The translations under genes and the position numbers were made by a program. DNA of 64,000 bases from Camelus dromedarius (lineage: Eukaryota): contig NC_087436.1 of NCBI RefSeq assembly GCF_036321535.1, forward strand, positions 122,018,001 to 122,082,000, written 5' to 3'. The notes under the pieces are model-generated. The model did no database searches, was not told the DNA's origin, and saw only the letters and a program-made list of their open reading frames with translations. Shown here piece after piece: positions 1-13,065 of this stretch (position 1 is its first letter; each line of letters begins with the position of its first letter).

Positions 1-1319
1 GTCTGGAAGGACATGCTTCCTTTTCCAGCTCGTGATCAACCACCATGGCCTCTGGTGCTGGCTGTCAGGGCTGGGAGTGCTGGGGGGCCATCCTGAGCTG
101 GCCCCCTCGAGGGTAAGGGGATGTGAGCCAAAGCATGCCCCCACCAACTGACCACTCAGCCAGCCGAGACTCAGAGGGGCCCTTGTCCGTTCCTATCTGC
201 CCCATGTCTGGGGCTCCATGGGGGACCACCTTCGGGAGAGGGTGACAGGGTGGGGCTTGGTCTAACCCTGACCTCTCTCTGGCGGCTGTGTAACCCACTA
301 GCACCCAGTTTCCTCCCCATTGGGGCATGCACTTCACTGCTGTTTCTGCCAGAGCCGCTCTGGGGCCAGGTACCAGGCACAGGCCTGGCTGCTGCAGCCA
401 GCGTCCCCATGGCAGGTGTCCCTGCCACAGACATAGCACCGATGTCTCCCACCACAACATGCCCCTGGGAGGAAAGACAAGAGTGATTGAGTGATTTAAA
501 AATAGAGAACTTGGAATTAATTAGACTCCTGAAAGGCAGATTAGACATAGTGACTGTCATCACGTCAGCTGTTCACAGGTCACGGGGCTGTGCGGGCTCA
601 CGTGGGCTGAGACAGTCAAGTACCAAGTGCCAGCCTGGGTCAGGGGGCTGGGCTGGGTTCTTGGGGGTCCTGGGAGGAGTGCTGCCCTCCTCGTAGCCGG
701 GCCTCCCTAGCAGGTGGAATCCTTGCTCACAGCCAGGTGAGCTGCTGCAGAGAGTGGGAACAGCCCAGCTGTGGCCTGGCCCGTTGGAGGCAGTGACTGC
801 GGGCTGACCAGACACTGGGCCCCAGCACCCAGGACGGCCCCTCCTGGCCCTGCTCTCCTCGGCCCAGCCCACCCTCACGGCCCCACCCAGCGCCGGCCTT
901 AAGGACGCTAGTTCCCATCTTCTCCCCCGAGCCTGGCACCCACGCCGCGCCCTGGACATCTCTCACTGCCCCCTGCTCCCCCACCCCTGGCTGCTGGAGT
1001 CCTCTTGCCACTCTCCCCCCAGCCTCTCGCCATGCCAGGAAGAAGCTAAACCTGACGCAGAAGCCAGGGCGGGCTGGGTGGGTGTGGGGCAGCCCCCTTA
1101 GTGAGCGCCTCCGCTGGGACCCAAGTGCAAGGCGTGTGCCCCAGGTGGCCGGCCCAGCAGGGGCCAAGGGGATGAGGGGGAAGAAGGGGAAGCTGGGGCA
1201 GGGGATCCGAGAGAGCTCTGCAGGGCAGGGGTGGAGGGTGTCTGGGAGGAAGGCTGGCATCACAGCAGGAGGGTGTGCGCACAGCGGCGACGCCCGTCTG
1301 CTGCTTTTATGTTGCTTCA

Positions 1320-3480
1320 AACAGCTTGACCGCAGTAGGGCTGCCATACAGCGGACTGCAGCGTGTGAGGGCGCCCGCCTCCCGCAGCCTCGCGCGTCGC
1401 AGCCTTTTCAGCTGTTCTGATGGTGTGACGTTTTGGGGGGGGGGTTGGTAATTAGGTTTATTTGTGCGTTATTATTTATTTACTCTTAGAGGTGGTCCTG
1501 GGGATTGAACCCGGGACCCTGTGCATGCTAAGCACGTGCTCTTCCACGTGAGCGATACCCTCCCCGCTCCTTGCAGTTTTAATGTGTCTTTCCTTAAGGG
1601 CTCGTGACGTTGACCATCTTTCCATGTGCTCATCTGCCGTCGGCCTGTGTTCTTCGGTGAAGTGTCTGTTCAGAACTTTTGCTGTTTCTCTTAATTGGGC
1701 TGTTTCCTTATTTAGTTTTGAGAGTTCTTTATTTATACTGTGTACAAAACTGTTACTGCATTTATGATTTGAGGTCTTTTCTCCCAGTCTGTGGCTTGTC
1801 TTTTCATTCTAACAGTAGCTTTTGAAGAACAAAATTTCTTAATTTTGATGAAATCCAATTTATCAGTTTTTTTCATGGATTGTGATTTTAGTGTCATATC
1901 TGAGAATTATTTTCATAACCTAAAGCTACAGTGGTTTTTCCTGTTTTCTTCTAGGCGTTTTATAGTTTTAGGTTTTTCATTTAGGTCTATGATTCATTGT
2001 GAGTTAATTTGTATATGATGTGAGGTATGGATCAAAGTTTTATTTTGTTTTGCATAAGGATGTCAATTATTCCAGCATCATTTGTGGAAAAAAGACTATC
2101 TTTTTCCCACTGAATTGCCTTTGCTCCTTTGTCAGAAATCAGTTAGCCATATATTTCTGGACTCACTAGTCTGTTGCATTGATCTGTTTGTCTGTATTGA
2201 CACCAGTATCGCATTGTCTTGATTGTGGTAGCTTTATAAGGAGCTTTAAAGTTAGGTACCGTATAAATCTACACCTTTGTTCTTCTTTCTCAGAGTTGTT
2301 TTGTCTATTCTGGGTCCTTTGTATTTTATGAATTTTAGAACCAGGTTGTCAATTTCTACTAAAGGGGAAAAAAAGCCTACTTTGCCTGCAGTTGTGTTTA
2401 ATCTATAGATTAACGGTAAGAATTAACACCTCAATAATACTGAGTCTTCAAATTCATGAACACAGCGTATTTCTCCATTTATTTAGGTCTTTAATTTCTC
2501 TCAGCAAAATTTTATAATTTGTGTTGTTGAGACCTTGCACATCTTTATCAGATTTATTCCTAAGTATTTTATATTTTTGATGCTATTGTAAATGGTATTG
2601 TTTGTGATTTCAGCTTGTGATTGTTCATTGCTAACATAGAGAGATATAACTGATTTTTTAAAATTTTTGTATATTGATCTTTTCTCCTACAACTTTGCTG
2701 AACTCCCTTTTTTAGATGTGGTAGTTTTAATGAAGATTTCATCAGCTTTTCTACACAGAGGACGTTGTCATCTGTGAATAAGCCAGTTTTACGTCTCCTT
2801 TCTAATTAGATGTCTTTACTTTTCCTTGCACTTTTGTGCTGGGGAGGACCTCCAGTACAATGCTGAAGAAAGGAATGGACCCAGGACACTTTTGCCTGTC
2901 CCTGATCTCCCTGTAAGTGTCCTGTTGGCTGTAGGGTCTCCATGGATGCCCTTCATCAGGTCCAGGAAGTTCTCTTCTATTCCCAGTTTCCTGGATTTTC
3001 TCAGTGTCTTTGTATCTTTCGGAGTGGTCACATAGTTTAAATTTTTTAGTCCGTCAATGTGATAAATCACATTGATTGATATTCAAATGTGAAGCCAGTC
3101 TTGAATTTCTGGGATGCGCCTTACTTGGTCATTAGGCATTATCCTTTTTTATACACTGTTGGCTTTAATTTGCTAAGGTTTTGTTAAGGACTTAACCCCT
3201 GACTGTGAGGAGTGCTGGGCAGCACTCTTCCTGTAGTGCTCTTTCCGGGTGCGGGTGTCAGAGTGACGCTGAGGTTCTCCGACGAGCTGGGGGGCTTTCC
3301 CACTTCTTCAGTTTTCCAGAAGATTTTGTGTAGAATTGGTATCACTTCTGCCTTAAATAGAACTCACCAGTGAAGCCACGGAGTTTACTTTATGGAAAGA
3401 TTTTTAGCTACAATTTCAGTTGCTTTACTAGATACATGTTTGTTCAATTACCCATGTCTTATTCAGTGAGTGAAGAGTTT
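1320..3480 (-). mobile_element. Old LINE-1 fragment (ORF2 3' half/3' region), antisense in ZFYVE28 intron, interrupted by a SINE
   Basis: T-rich + strand with L1 antisense motifs (gaccatctttccatgtgc, tttatagttttaggt...tttaggtctatgattcatt, ccagcatcatttgtggaaaaaagact). Minus-strand peptide KLGIEENFLDLMKGI..PTAN resembles L1 ORF2 RT. Confidence 0.85.
1431..1565 (-). mobile_element. Camelid tRNA-Ala-derived SINE (Vic-1 type)
   Basis: Reverse complement of GGGGAGGGTAT..GCTCA..GAG..GTGCTTAGCATGCACAGGGTCCCGGGTTCAATCCCCAG plus the AAATAAACCTAATTACC tail shared with the other copies. Confidence 0.9.
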
Positions 3481-6400
3481 ATTTCCGTGGTCCATCCTCA
3501 CACAGGGTGATACCAAACTGTGGGTGCACATGGTCCTCTGCTCAGAACTCTGCAGGGCCCCCTGCTCCCTTTGTCTCTTGGGCCCTGGGCCCTTGACCTG
3601 GCCCCTCCCCAACAGATGGCTCCTCTCATCCCTGCCAGCACCCCGCTTTCCAGATGCTCTCTGCACTCCCCTTGTTTGCTGCCTGGGTTACTGCCCCTCC
3701 CTCTCTGCCGTGACACCCCCCCACCCTGCCACACCAGGTCACCATAGTGCAGTCCCACTGGCTGCCTTGGGTGAAGCCCATGGGGAGCTCTGCTCAAGCG
3801 GCCTCACTGAGTCCCGTGGCTGTGTTTTCATTGTCACCCCTGCTTCAGAGATTCAAAACAGAGACTCAGAGCCCCTTGGCTGGGGGTGACCCCTCCCATC
3901 TGTCCAACCCCAGATGTGGGGGCACTGGCAGGACCAGGGGTCCCATCCCAGAGCCCCCCTCGCGCCTCATGCTTTGCAGTGCGCACTTGCTCTAGTTTGG
4001 GAGGAAATGAGGGATGCCAAGGACCTCAGGGCAGCTGGCCTCAGAAGGAAATCCTGGGAGCCAGAGGGGGTCCACTGGGACTCACTAAGACATGCTGGTA
4101 ACCTCCCAGCCCAGCACCCAAGACCCAGATGTGGCTGGCCCCCCTCAAGCAGGGTCCATGTCCTTGACCCTAACCGATGTGTGGAAGGTGTGACATCTGT
4201 GGTGCAGGGGCCACCCGCTGGGGGCGGCTCCAGGAGAAGGGAGCTAGCAGAGTCCAGGCCTGCAGCGCTGAGCCTCAGGGCACAGCCGTTTGATGTCTCC
4301 TCCCCACAGGTCCTGGAGCAGGGCTGTAGCCCCCTGGGCCTGTCCGTCCACTTCCTGCCCAACTCCCTGCTCCTTTGGGCATCCGGGGCTGCACAGTCTG
4401 GGGGTGGGGCTGGGCTCTGAGCGGGAGTGGAGCATGCTGGGTAAGCACTGACCCCTCCTCGGACGTGTGGAGATGGTGGGGGGGGGGGCGCAGGCTGCAC
4501 CCTCTGGGGGTCATTTTCCTCCACCCCATGGGACCAGGAGAGTGCCTGTCTGAACAGCCACTTCCCGGAAGCAAAGCTTGTGCTCCTGCCCTCACGGAGG
4601 CCACGGCCAAGTGTGACTGCGTTGCTGGGTGTGCGCAGCAGGAGGACCAGGGCCTGTCCTGGCCAAGTTCGCCTGCTGCTTTGACTGGTCAGCTGTGGAG
4701 CCTTCTGCCCAGAGAACTTTTAAAAGCAGCAAACGCTCAGAAAGTCCATAAGGTACAAAGCAGAATGGTGACAAGGGTCCCTTCTGCTCTTGTGACAACT
4801 ACCCGAGTTCAGAAAAACACACCGCGTGCCCTTGCTCACCTGCACCTCCTGACTGTCTGGAGGGCCCTCGCATCGCACCTGCACTAAGAAGCCGCAGTGT
4901 GAAGCCTGGGTTCCCGTAGCGTAACCAGGGCCACCACTGATGTTGGGCCTCGTGCGGGGCCCGGGGCCGGCTGTGTCCTCGGAGGAGCCAGCCCGTGGCC
5001 CCCACCCCGCACAGCTCCCTGGCTGAGGGGAGGGAGGACGGGTTCTTGCCAGGCCTCGAGGGGGCGGTGTGGGGCCAGGGAGCACCCAGGGCGAGGGCAG
5101 TGAGCTGGGAGGCGGAGGTGAGGCATTCTGGAGGAGCCAGGCTGTCAGCAGCTGCTTCGGGGCCCTCCCCAGCCCTGCTGTGCCCCTGCCCCCTGGAGCT
5201 CTCTGGCTTTGAGGGATGTCTCCAGGCCGTCAGTGACGATGTTGTAGCCTTGTAAGTGGACAGAGCTGGACAGGGCAGATGTGCCAGGGCCACACAGGAC
5301 CCACCAGGTCAACCGTGGGACCTGTGGAGGGGTCGCCGTGGCAATGCGGGGGGCCACCTGCTGGGCCTGCAGCAGCCAGTCTCACGGCACCAGCCCTGGA
5401 GGGGGAGCTGCCCCTTGTTTCACAGACTCACCTCTGGGGGGGGGTCACCGGGCGTGGGGTCACTCAGGGCGAGACAGACCTGGGAGCTGCCAGCTCTCCC
5501 TCCCTCCAGACCCCAGGGGGACCAGCCCAGACGCCCTTCCCCCACTGATCACAGCCTGTGGCCTGGGACGGGGGGTGTGGCTCCGGTGGAGCCTTCAGTC
5601 AGCTGTGGGGCCAGGGCGGCCCAGTGAGGTGGTCGGCACTGGGCAGGGTGTCTGCTGTGGTCCCCCCTGTCTGGGAAAGCCTTGAGTTCCCGGAATTTCT
5701 TCGGCCCCTCCGCTCTCTGCAGTGTCCCTGGTGACGAGGGGCTGGCTGCCGCTTCCTGGCTGTCCCCTACAAGTGTCCCAGGCGGTGTGTTCCCTCTGGA
5801 TCTCCGTGATGACTGGAGAGTCCCAGGAAATCCAATCCCCGAGTCCGTGGGCTTCTGGGTGCCCGGAACACAGCCCCGGCGGTCACCGTGGGGCCTTTGG
5901 CGAGCGTGCCCACAGATCCACCTAGGTTAGGCCCTTGCCACTCCTGGGGTTGGCCCTGCCTGTGCCTGACCTTCTGGGGCTGGCTTCTTGGAGGAGGCAG
6001 TGGTGGGAGCCTGTGGCCCTGAGGCCACTACCTGACCCCAGCCTCACAACTTGCACCACCAGCCTGTCGAGGAGGCTGTAAGTAGCCCTGTGTTACAGAC
6101 CACACAGCACGAGACAGACACCAGCACCACCATCCCACCCCACGGTGTGTCCTCCGCAGGACCCTGTTTCCCATTTTACAGCAAGTAAACACGTTCTCCT
6201 CCCCACCCCTAGCCCAGGGCCCCTCGAGGGTAGGTGCTGCTGGTACCCTGTGTCCCCAAGCACCCAGCTCAGGGCCTCATGTCCCCCCACCCCCAGTCCT
6301 GTAGCAGGTGCTCACCTGACTTCAATGTCCTTGTCCGAGCCAGGTCCTCTTCCAGTCTCCTGGGTGGTTTTCCTGGGAGCAGCCCTGGGGCCACGGCTGG

Positions 6401-7299
6401 AGAGGGAGGCAGGCATTTCTCAGGTGCTGGGACCAGCAGCTCTTGTGGGGAAGTGGGCCCTGAGGCCAGAGTCGCCAGAAATGCGCCCACCCAGGGACAG
6501 ACAGGCAACGGGGAATGTGTGGAGTTGACAAACCTGCACCAACAAGATGGCGGGAAGACGAGGGTGGGGAGCAGTGAGAGGCCTGGCCCCACCGAGGTCA
6601 TGGGCAGCAGAACCAGGTCAGAACCCTGCAGGCAGCAGGTGCCGGGAGGCGGGGTCCTAGGGCCCATGGGCCCAGTGTGCAGGGTGGCTGGGGTCTTCAT
6701 GGACTTACAGACAGGGAGGGCCACACCTCTTGCCAGGCTGTGCTGCCTCCCCCAGGAAGCCCTCCCTGCTGCCCGGTGACTGCCCGCAGCTGGCATAGGT
6801 GTTGGTGGGATTCTGATTACATGATAGTTGCCTCTGGCTCCCCACCATTCCCTGACGGGCCTGGGCCGGTCAGGAGCCTGTGGGCTGGGGCAGAATTGGG
6901 CAAGGGAAAACAGGAAGGGTGCTTGCAGCTCATGGGACGGCAGTGGTGACGCTGCTCGACTAGAGGCACGGCTGAGCTGGTTGTCAGGCTCCTGTTCACG
7001 TACAGTCTGTGGAACCAAACTGCAGTCCTCCAGCTTCCCTGGGATGCCCCGGAGGTCCTGCTGACCTCGTGGTGGGAACAGGCAGCCGCAGAGCTCCAGG
7101 GAGGGGAGGGCAGGGGTGGGCCACACCATGAGCGCCACGGGACCCCGCAGCATGGATCTGGGCGCGACGGTGCCTTGCTAAGAAGCTGTGTTACTCGGGC
7201 TGTGGACTCACCGCTCTGTCTGCTTGATTCTCTGGCCTAGTGGGTCCAGCGAGAAAGCACTGCAGCTCACGTGCATTTGTCACAGGCCAGGTATGTCCC

Positions 7300-7420
7300 C
7301 TTGTTCTTGCTAGGTGGGTGTAACGACTCCCACTTTAGAGAAGAAAATGATGAGGCTGGAGGCAGGGAGCGATCTGCCCAAGGGCACACAGCTGGTCAGC
7401 GGTGGTGCCAGGACTCGGCT
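7300..7420 (-). mobile_element. MIR SINE core remnant
   Basis: cactttagag..gaggctggaggcagggagcgatctgcccaagggcacacagctggtcagcggtggtgccaggactc matches the MIR core in antisense. Confidence 0.6.
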
Positions 7421-8896
7421 CCCCCTGCACCTCCTGTCCCTCGAGGGATGGTGACCTCGGTGTGCGCCAGCGTGGCACACGGAGACCGCTGCTGTTCCCA
7501 TGGTCACGGGAGCCTGAGTGCGTGCCCTCTGATGTCTCACTTGTCCCCATGCCCACGTGTGCCCCTCCGTCCCCACCCCATGTACGTGACTCTGACCGTC
7601 CTGGCCCCCACCCCCTGGTCGTGGTGACCTACCAGTGAGGACCAGGCCCCTTCCCTGGGCCTCTCAGGGGGCTGGTGGGGGACCCAGGTGGTGCAGAGCT
7701 AGGGCACAAGGCCCGGCTGCCCTCCCCGCCCCAGAACGATGGGCGCCCGCGAGGCCACGCTGTCTGTGGGGAGGAGTTGGCTGGCAGCCCGGCTCCTCCT
7801 GGGCAAGTGGGCGGTGCGGCCTGACGGGTTGTTTTCCCACAGCGACGGCCTCTCTAACGTGTGACACACCTGGGATTTCACTTAAAAGCCTTTTCATTTA
7901 AAACTAAAAAGGGAAAGGATTCATTTTTAAAGGAATGCCCAGACAATACGGAAGTAAATTAGACCTTCTGAAAACACAAGCTCCAGCACAGCGTGTTCTA
8001 GAAGTGGGCTTGGAAACCAGTGCGGAGCCAGGTCTGGGCCCTGTCGGGGTCATGTGTAGGCTGGGCTGGAATGTGTGCCCCGAGGTCGGAGCTGGGCCTC
8101 AGAGGAGGTGAAAGCAGGGCCTGTTGGGGCAGAAACACGCGTGAGGTAGCACTGGGCTGCCCTTTTGTGCCCCGTCGTCTCCGCTCCGGCCTTTGGGGGA
8201 GAAGTGTTTACTCTCTGGCACCTGCGGTCTGTGTAGACGCTCTCGGGGGGGAGGGGGCGTCACCACCGCGCTGGGTGTGTGCTCACACAGGCGTGCACAG
8301 ACACGCACTCTCTGACATACTCTCACATGCAAACACACACCCACACGCACCTGCACATGTGCACCCGCCCACTCACACACGTACAGTCACCCCCCCCTCA
8401 AACTCACATCGCATGGGAGTTTTAGCGGGTGGGGCCGGGGGGGACCCCAGGCCCCTGCCTGTGGAGCTGAGGGGAGTGAGACCCTGCCCAGGGCCCAGTG
8501 CTGAAGCTTGGTCCCGCGTCACCACCAGGAGGAAGGCTGAGATTACTAGCAGGTCATTTCCTGGTCATGCCTGCCCTCCTGGTCCCAGTCCCCTCGCCCT
8601 GTCCCCTCTGGGCGCCTGAGCTGGCTGCCGGGGTGGGGACTCATGTGAGCGACCCATCGGGGAGTGGGGTTTCCCCTCCCTGCCTCCCGCTGCGCTCCTC
8701 CCACTGGAGGAGAGGCGGTCTTCCCTGGGACATGGTGTCATTCATTAAAACCACGAGAAGAAAGCCTTGGCAATGGCTGGAGGGGCAAGGAAGCAGGAAG
8801 ACCTGGTCTGTTCATAAGAAATTAGCATATTTGCTGCCCAAAGTGTCTTGTGCTGAGACCCCCTGGCAGCCTGGCTGTCAGACTCATGCCATCTCG

Positions 8897-9322
8897 TGTG
8901 TGTTAGGGCTCCTGTAACAAAGTACTACAAACTGGGGTCGGGGAGGAGGCAAACCACAGAAATTGTCTCAGTTCTGGAGGCCAGAAGGTGTCAGCAGGGC
9001 TGGTTCCTTCTGAGGCTGTGAGGGAGCCTCTGTCTCAGGCCTGTCCCTCACTCTGGTGGTGGATGGCCATCCTCAGCTTACAGGTGCATCACCCTGATCT
9101 CTGTCTTCATCTTCACATGTCATTCCCCTTCTTTGCTTGTTTGGGTCTAAATTTCCCGTTTGTAGAAGGACACCAATCACTTTGGACTTAGGGTCATTAG
9201 TTATGACTCATCTTAACTAATTACACCTGCAATGACCCTATTTCCAAATAAGGCCACATTCTGAGGTCCTAGGGGTTAGCACTTCAACATGAATTTGGGG
9301 GGACACAATTCAACCTATATCA
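8897..9322 (-). mobile_element. MaLR solo LTR (MLT1 family)
   Basis: ttagggct..gtaacaaagtactacaaactggg, tctcagttctggaggccagaag, aggacaccaatca, catcttaactaattacacctgcaatgaccctatttccaaataagg..cattctgaggt, ggggacacaattcaacc are typical MLT1 LTR motifs. Confidence 0.9.
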
Positions 9323-9362
9323 GTACATACATGCCTCCCTGTTAAATCCTTGTCATGGTAGA

Positions 9363-9465
9363 ATGGATGGGTGGATGGATAGACAGCTTATTGGCTGGAA
9401 AGGTAGATGGATGGACAGATGGATAGATAGGTGGATGGGTGGATGGATGGATGGATGGGTGGATG
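9363..9465. repeat. (GGAT/GGGT/AGAT)n simple repeat
   Basis: Visible tetranucleotide array. Confidence 0.9.
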
Positions 9466-10629
9466 TCTTTTGCAAGGAGCAGCTAGCAGGGCCCAGGCTG
9501 GCTCACTAGAATTGCTATGTGGTTGTGCAAATGCCCAAACTCTCACATCCAAGCATACTTACCCTGGGCCTCTGGAGCCCATCAGCTTCTCGTGGTACTC
9601 CTTGTTTTCCCCTAATTAGGCCTTTACAAAGGGTTTCAAAGGCTCATGGATATACCTATGTAAGAAGCACCTTGCAATGCTATTAGTTTTTCCAGGTTAT
9701 CTCTTTCACTGACCCCTAGAAGTTCAAGAAGACAAAGTGCCTTTTTTCTGTCAAAAGGCCATTTTTTTCCTACTCTGACAGTGGAATCAGACACTTGTCC
9801 ACATGTGCCTTTGGAGAAGTGCTCTTTGGAAAGTTTGCTGCAGTGCCGTGCCCTGACTTTGACCATGACCAAAGACACAAGCTGGACAAAACCTTCGGTA
9901 TTGATAGAACCGTTTAGAATTGCACTGGACTCAATACTAGAAAAATGGCACTTCCTAGTAATTCAAACCCAAGTGGAGTCGTTACAGGGAACTTGTGCTG
10001 CCTTCTGTGAGAGTGGCGGGAAGCAGAGCTGGGCATCAGTCACAGAAGGTGCTGGAGTTTTCAACACCCAGGTGACCAGGCAGGTTTAACGCTGAGTGAC
10101 TGGGTGGGTGTGTCTGACTCCTCTGTGAGGCATGGGGAGCCCTTGGCAGGAGGGTGCCCCTCACTCCTTCGGCCTCAGTCTCTCACGCTCTCTTTCGCTC
10201 TGCATCCCAGGTTCCAGCCACGTCTCACCCTCACTGCTCTTGCCCTCACCACGGCCACAGACCCGCTGGGCATCAGCCAGCTTCTCAGTTCTGTCTTGTT
10301 AATGTGTGTGGCTCTCCCGCTAGGCTGGGCTCTTGGGGGACACACACAGGGTCTGATTCATCCCTGGGACCCTCTTCCATGTCCCCACCCTGCCTGTCCA
10401 GCAGCTGCCCATGGAGGATCAGCACCTTCCAAAACGGTGGCCCTGGGCAGTGTTGCTGGGGCTCCATGCAGTCCGGGAGACCGGGCTGAACCGGACAGGC
10501 CCACTGCAGTTTCCTGCTCTCTTGTTCCCTGGGGTCGGCCTGGGGGAAGCACCTTATTGGTTTTCCTGCCCTGGACCAGTTTTTTTATGGAGCTTTTGGC
10601 TCTTTTTCCATCCGTACCCTACCCCACCA

Positions 10630-10931
10630 ACACACACGCACACACACATGCACACAAACACACAGACATACACACACACATAGACACACAAACACACATA
10701 GACACACACACAAACACACAGACATACACACACATATAGACACACAAACACACAGACACGCACACAGACACACACACAAACACAGACACACACGGAGACA
10801 CACACACACATACACAGATACACACACACAGACACAGACATACACAAACGCATACAGACACCCACAGACACAAACACATAGAAACACACACATAGACACA
10901 GACACAGACATACACAAACACACACACACAC
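10630..10931. repeat. Compound (CA)-rich microsatellite, ~300 bp
   Basis: CACACA interspersed with CAGA/CATA/CAAA; produces the spurious (CV)n ORFs. Confidence 0.95.
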
Positions 10932-11499
10932 CTGCTCTGCAGTGCCGCAGGTGAGGGCCTGGGGCTGGGACAGTAGTCCTCCCTTTGGCCCCCCACCTCC
11001 TGTGGGCCGGCCTGGGGCTTAGCCCGCTAGAAGAGCTCACTCTTCTGCAGCACCATCAGAAGCTCTGGCTTCACAGCTCTCCAGGCTCCACTGAAGTCAG
11101 GGCCCTTCCCCACAGCGGCACACCGTCCAGAAAGGCTTCTGCCTCCGGGGCTTTACCTGAGGGGCTGGGGCTGCAGGGCTGAAGCCTTCCCAGGCTGCCT
11201 TCTGCCTCCTCTTAGAAACAGGCCCGAGCCACAGGCAGGCTGCAGCCCTTCCTCCCCCAGCGTAACAGTGGCTCTGAGCACACCAGTCGCACGTGGCCGT
11301 GGGGGGCTCTGGAAAAGACGCACAGCCATCGCCCTGCTGCTCAGATCGGTGTCACGTCAGCGCTCTGCCTTGCCTGCATTTCCCAGTGTCTCATTTGTGT
11401 GTATATGATGTCTCTAACTTTTCACACGCTACCTATTTCATATTTCAGCATTTCCAGCATCACTATCTATCCTACAAAGTGGCAACCATATGACTGTGA

Positions 11500-12782
11500 T
11501 AATTTACTGAATCAACCCACTCTTGATGGGCATTTAGCTTGAGCTATTTCTTGAGTTTGCTAGATATTACAAGAAAAACATTCTTTTATTCTTTTTAAAG
11601 TGTACAATTCAGTGGTTTTCAGTATATTCACAGAGTTGTGCACCTGTCACCACTACCTAACCTCAGAACTTTTTCATCACCCGTAAAGAAACCCCAGTTC
11701 ATTGTCTCTTCCCTTCAGCGACTGGCAACCATGCCACCATTAATCTGCTTTCTGTCTCTGTGGATTTGCCTATTCCAGACTTTTGAAAGGAAGAAAATCA
11801 TATGCGATGTGACCTTTGTGACTGGCTTCTGTTATTCCGCCTCATGTTGTAGTGCCCAGCAGTGCTGCACTCCTTTCTATGGCTAAAAATTAATTCCGCT
11901 CTGTGGCCAGACCACGTTTTGTTTATCCATCCGTCAGCTGACGGACATTTGGGTTGTTCCATCTTTTTGGCTAGTAAGTAGGAACATCCACGTACGATGT
12001 TTTGTGTGAATGTGCTTCAATTCTCTTAGGTAGGGACCTCGAGGTGCAGTTGCCGGGTCACCCTGCACGAGGAGCTGCCAAACAGTTTTCGGGGGTGCCC
12101 GTGACATTGGAGATTCTCATCCATATCTTCACCCACACTTGTTGTTTTCTGTTTTCTTTTTAAATTATTATAGTCATTGTAATGGGTTTAAAATATCACA
12201 TGGTCATTTTAATTTCCGTTTCCCAAATGACTGATGATGCTGAGCATCTTTTCGTGTGTTTACTGGCCATTTGTGTGTCTTTTTGGGAAAACATCTTTTC
12301 ACATCCTTTGCCCGTCCTTTAGTTGGGTTATTTATCTTTTTATTGTTCACTTGTAAGAGTTCTTTCTATCCATCAGATACTATACCCTTGACAGATACCC
12401 CTTCTGTGGGTCATCTTTTCACTTTCTTGATAGTATCTTTTGAAGCACGGAAGTTTTTAAGTTTAATTTTTGTATGAATGTATGTTTCAGTTCTCCTGGG
12501 TAAACACCTTGGATTGGAATTGCTGGGTCACACTGTGTGAGGAACTTCTGAACAAGATATCTGTCTTTGGTTGCTGTGTTTTTGAAGCTGCATCGAACAA
12601 ACTATTGCCTAATCCAAGCCCACAAAGATGTATGTTTCTTTTCTAAGAATTTTAGAGTTTTATCTCTTTCACACAGGTCTTTGATCTCTTTTGAGGTTAT
12701 TTTTGTGTATGGTGTAAGGTGAAGTCTCACCTCATTCTTTTGTATGTGGAAATGCAGTTTTCCCAGAGCCACTTCATAGACT
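11500..12782 (-). mobile_element. Old LINE-1 fragments (L1MB-like 3' end and downstream ORF2), antisense
   Basis: aagtgtacaattcagtggttttcagtatattcacagagttgtgca, ttaatctgctttctgtctctgtggatttgcctattccagac, gatgctgagcatcttttc. Confidence 0.85.
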
Positions 12783-12884
12783 TTTTCTATTGAAATGTAT
12801 TGATTTACGATATTATGCTAGTTTCAGATTACAACATAGTGATTCAGTATTTTTATGGATTATACTCCATTTAAAGTTATTATA

Positions 12885-13052
12885 GGGGGAGGGTATAGCT
12901 TAGTGGTAGAGTGCATGCCTAGCATGCACAAGGTCCTGGGTTCAATCCCCAGTACGTCCTCCAAATATAAATCAATAAACCTAATTACCTCCCCCCAATA
13001 AAATTTTAAAAATAAAATAAAAATAAATTTAAAAACAGAAGAGTTTTAAAAA
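12885..13052 (+). mobile_element. Camelid Vic-1-type SINE, full length
   Basis: GGGGGAGGGTATAGCTTAGTGGTAGAG (A box)...GGTTCAATCC (B box), A-rich tail, TSD TAAAGTTATTATA at 12872-12884 and 13053-13065. Confidence 0.95.
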
Positions 13053-13065
13053 TAAAGTTATTATA

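Noticed and set aside
10554..11040. (Cys-Val)n / (His-Thr)n repeat proteins
   Set aside because: Translations of a CA microsatellite.
12885..12960. tRNA-Ala(AGC)-like genes (also in the other six copies)
   Set aside because: They are heads of tRNA-derived SINEs: shared non-tRNA AT-rich tail, TSDs in several copies and scattered mutations.
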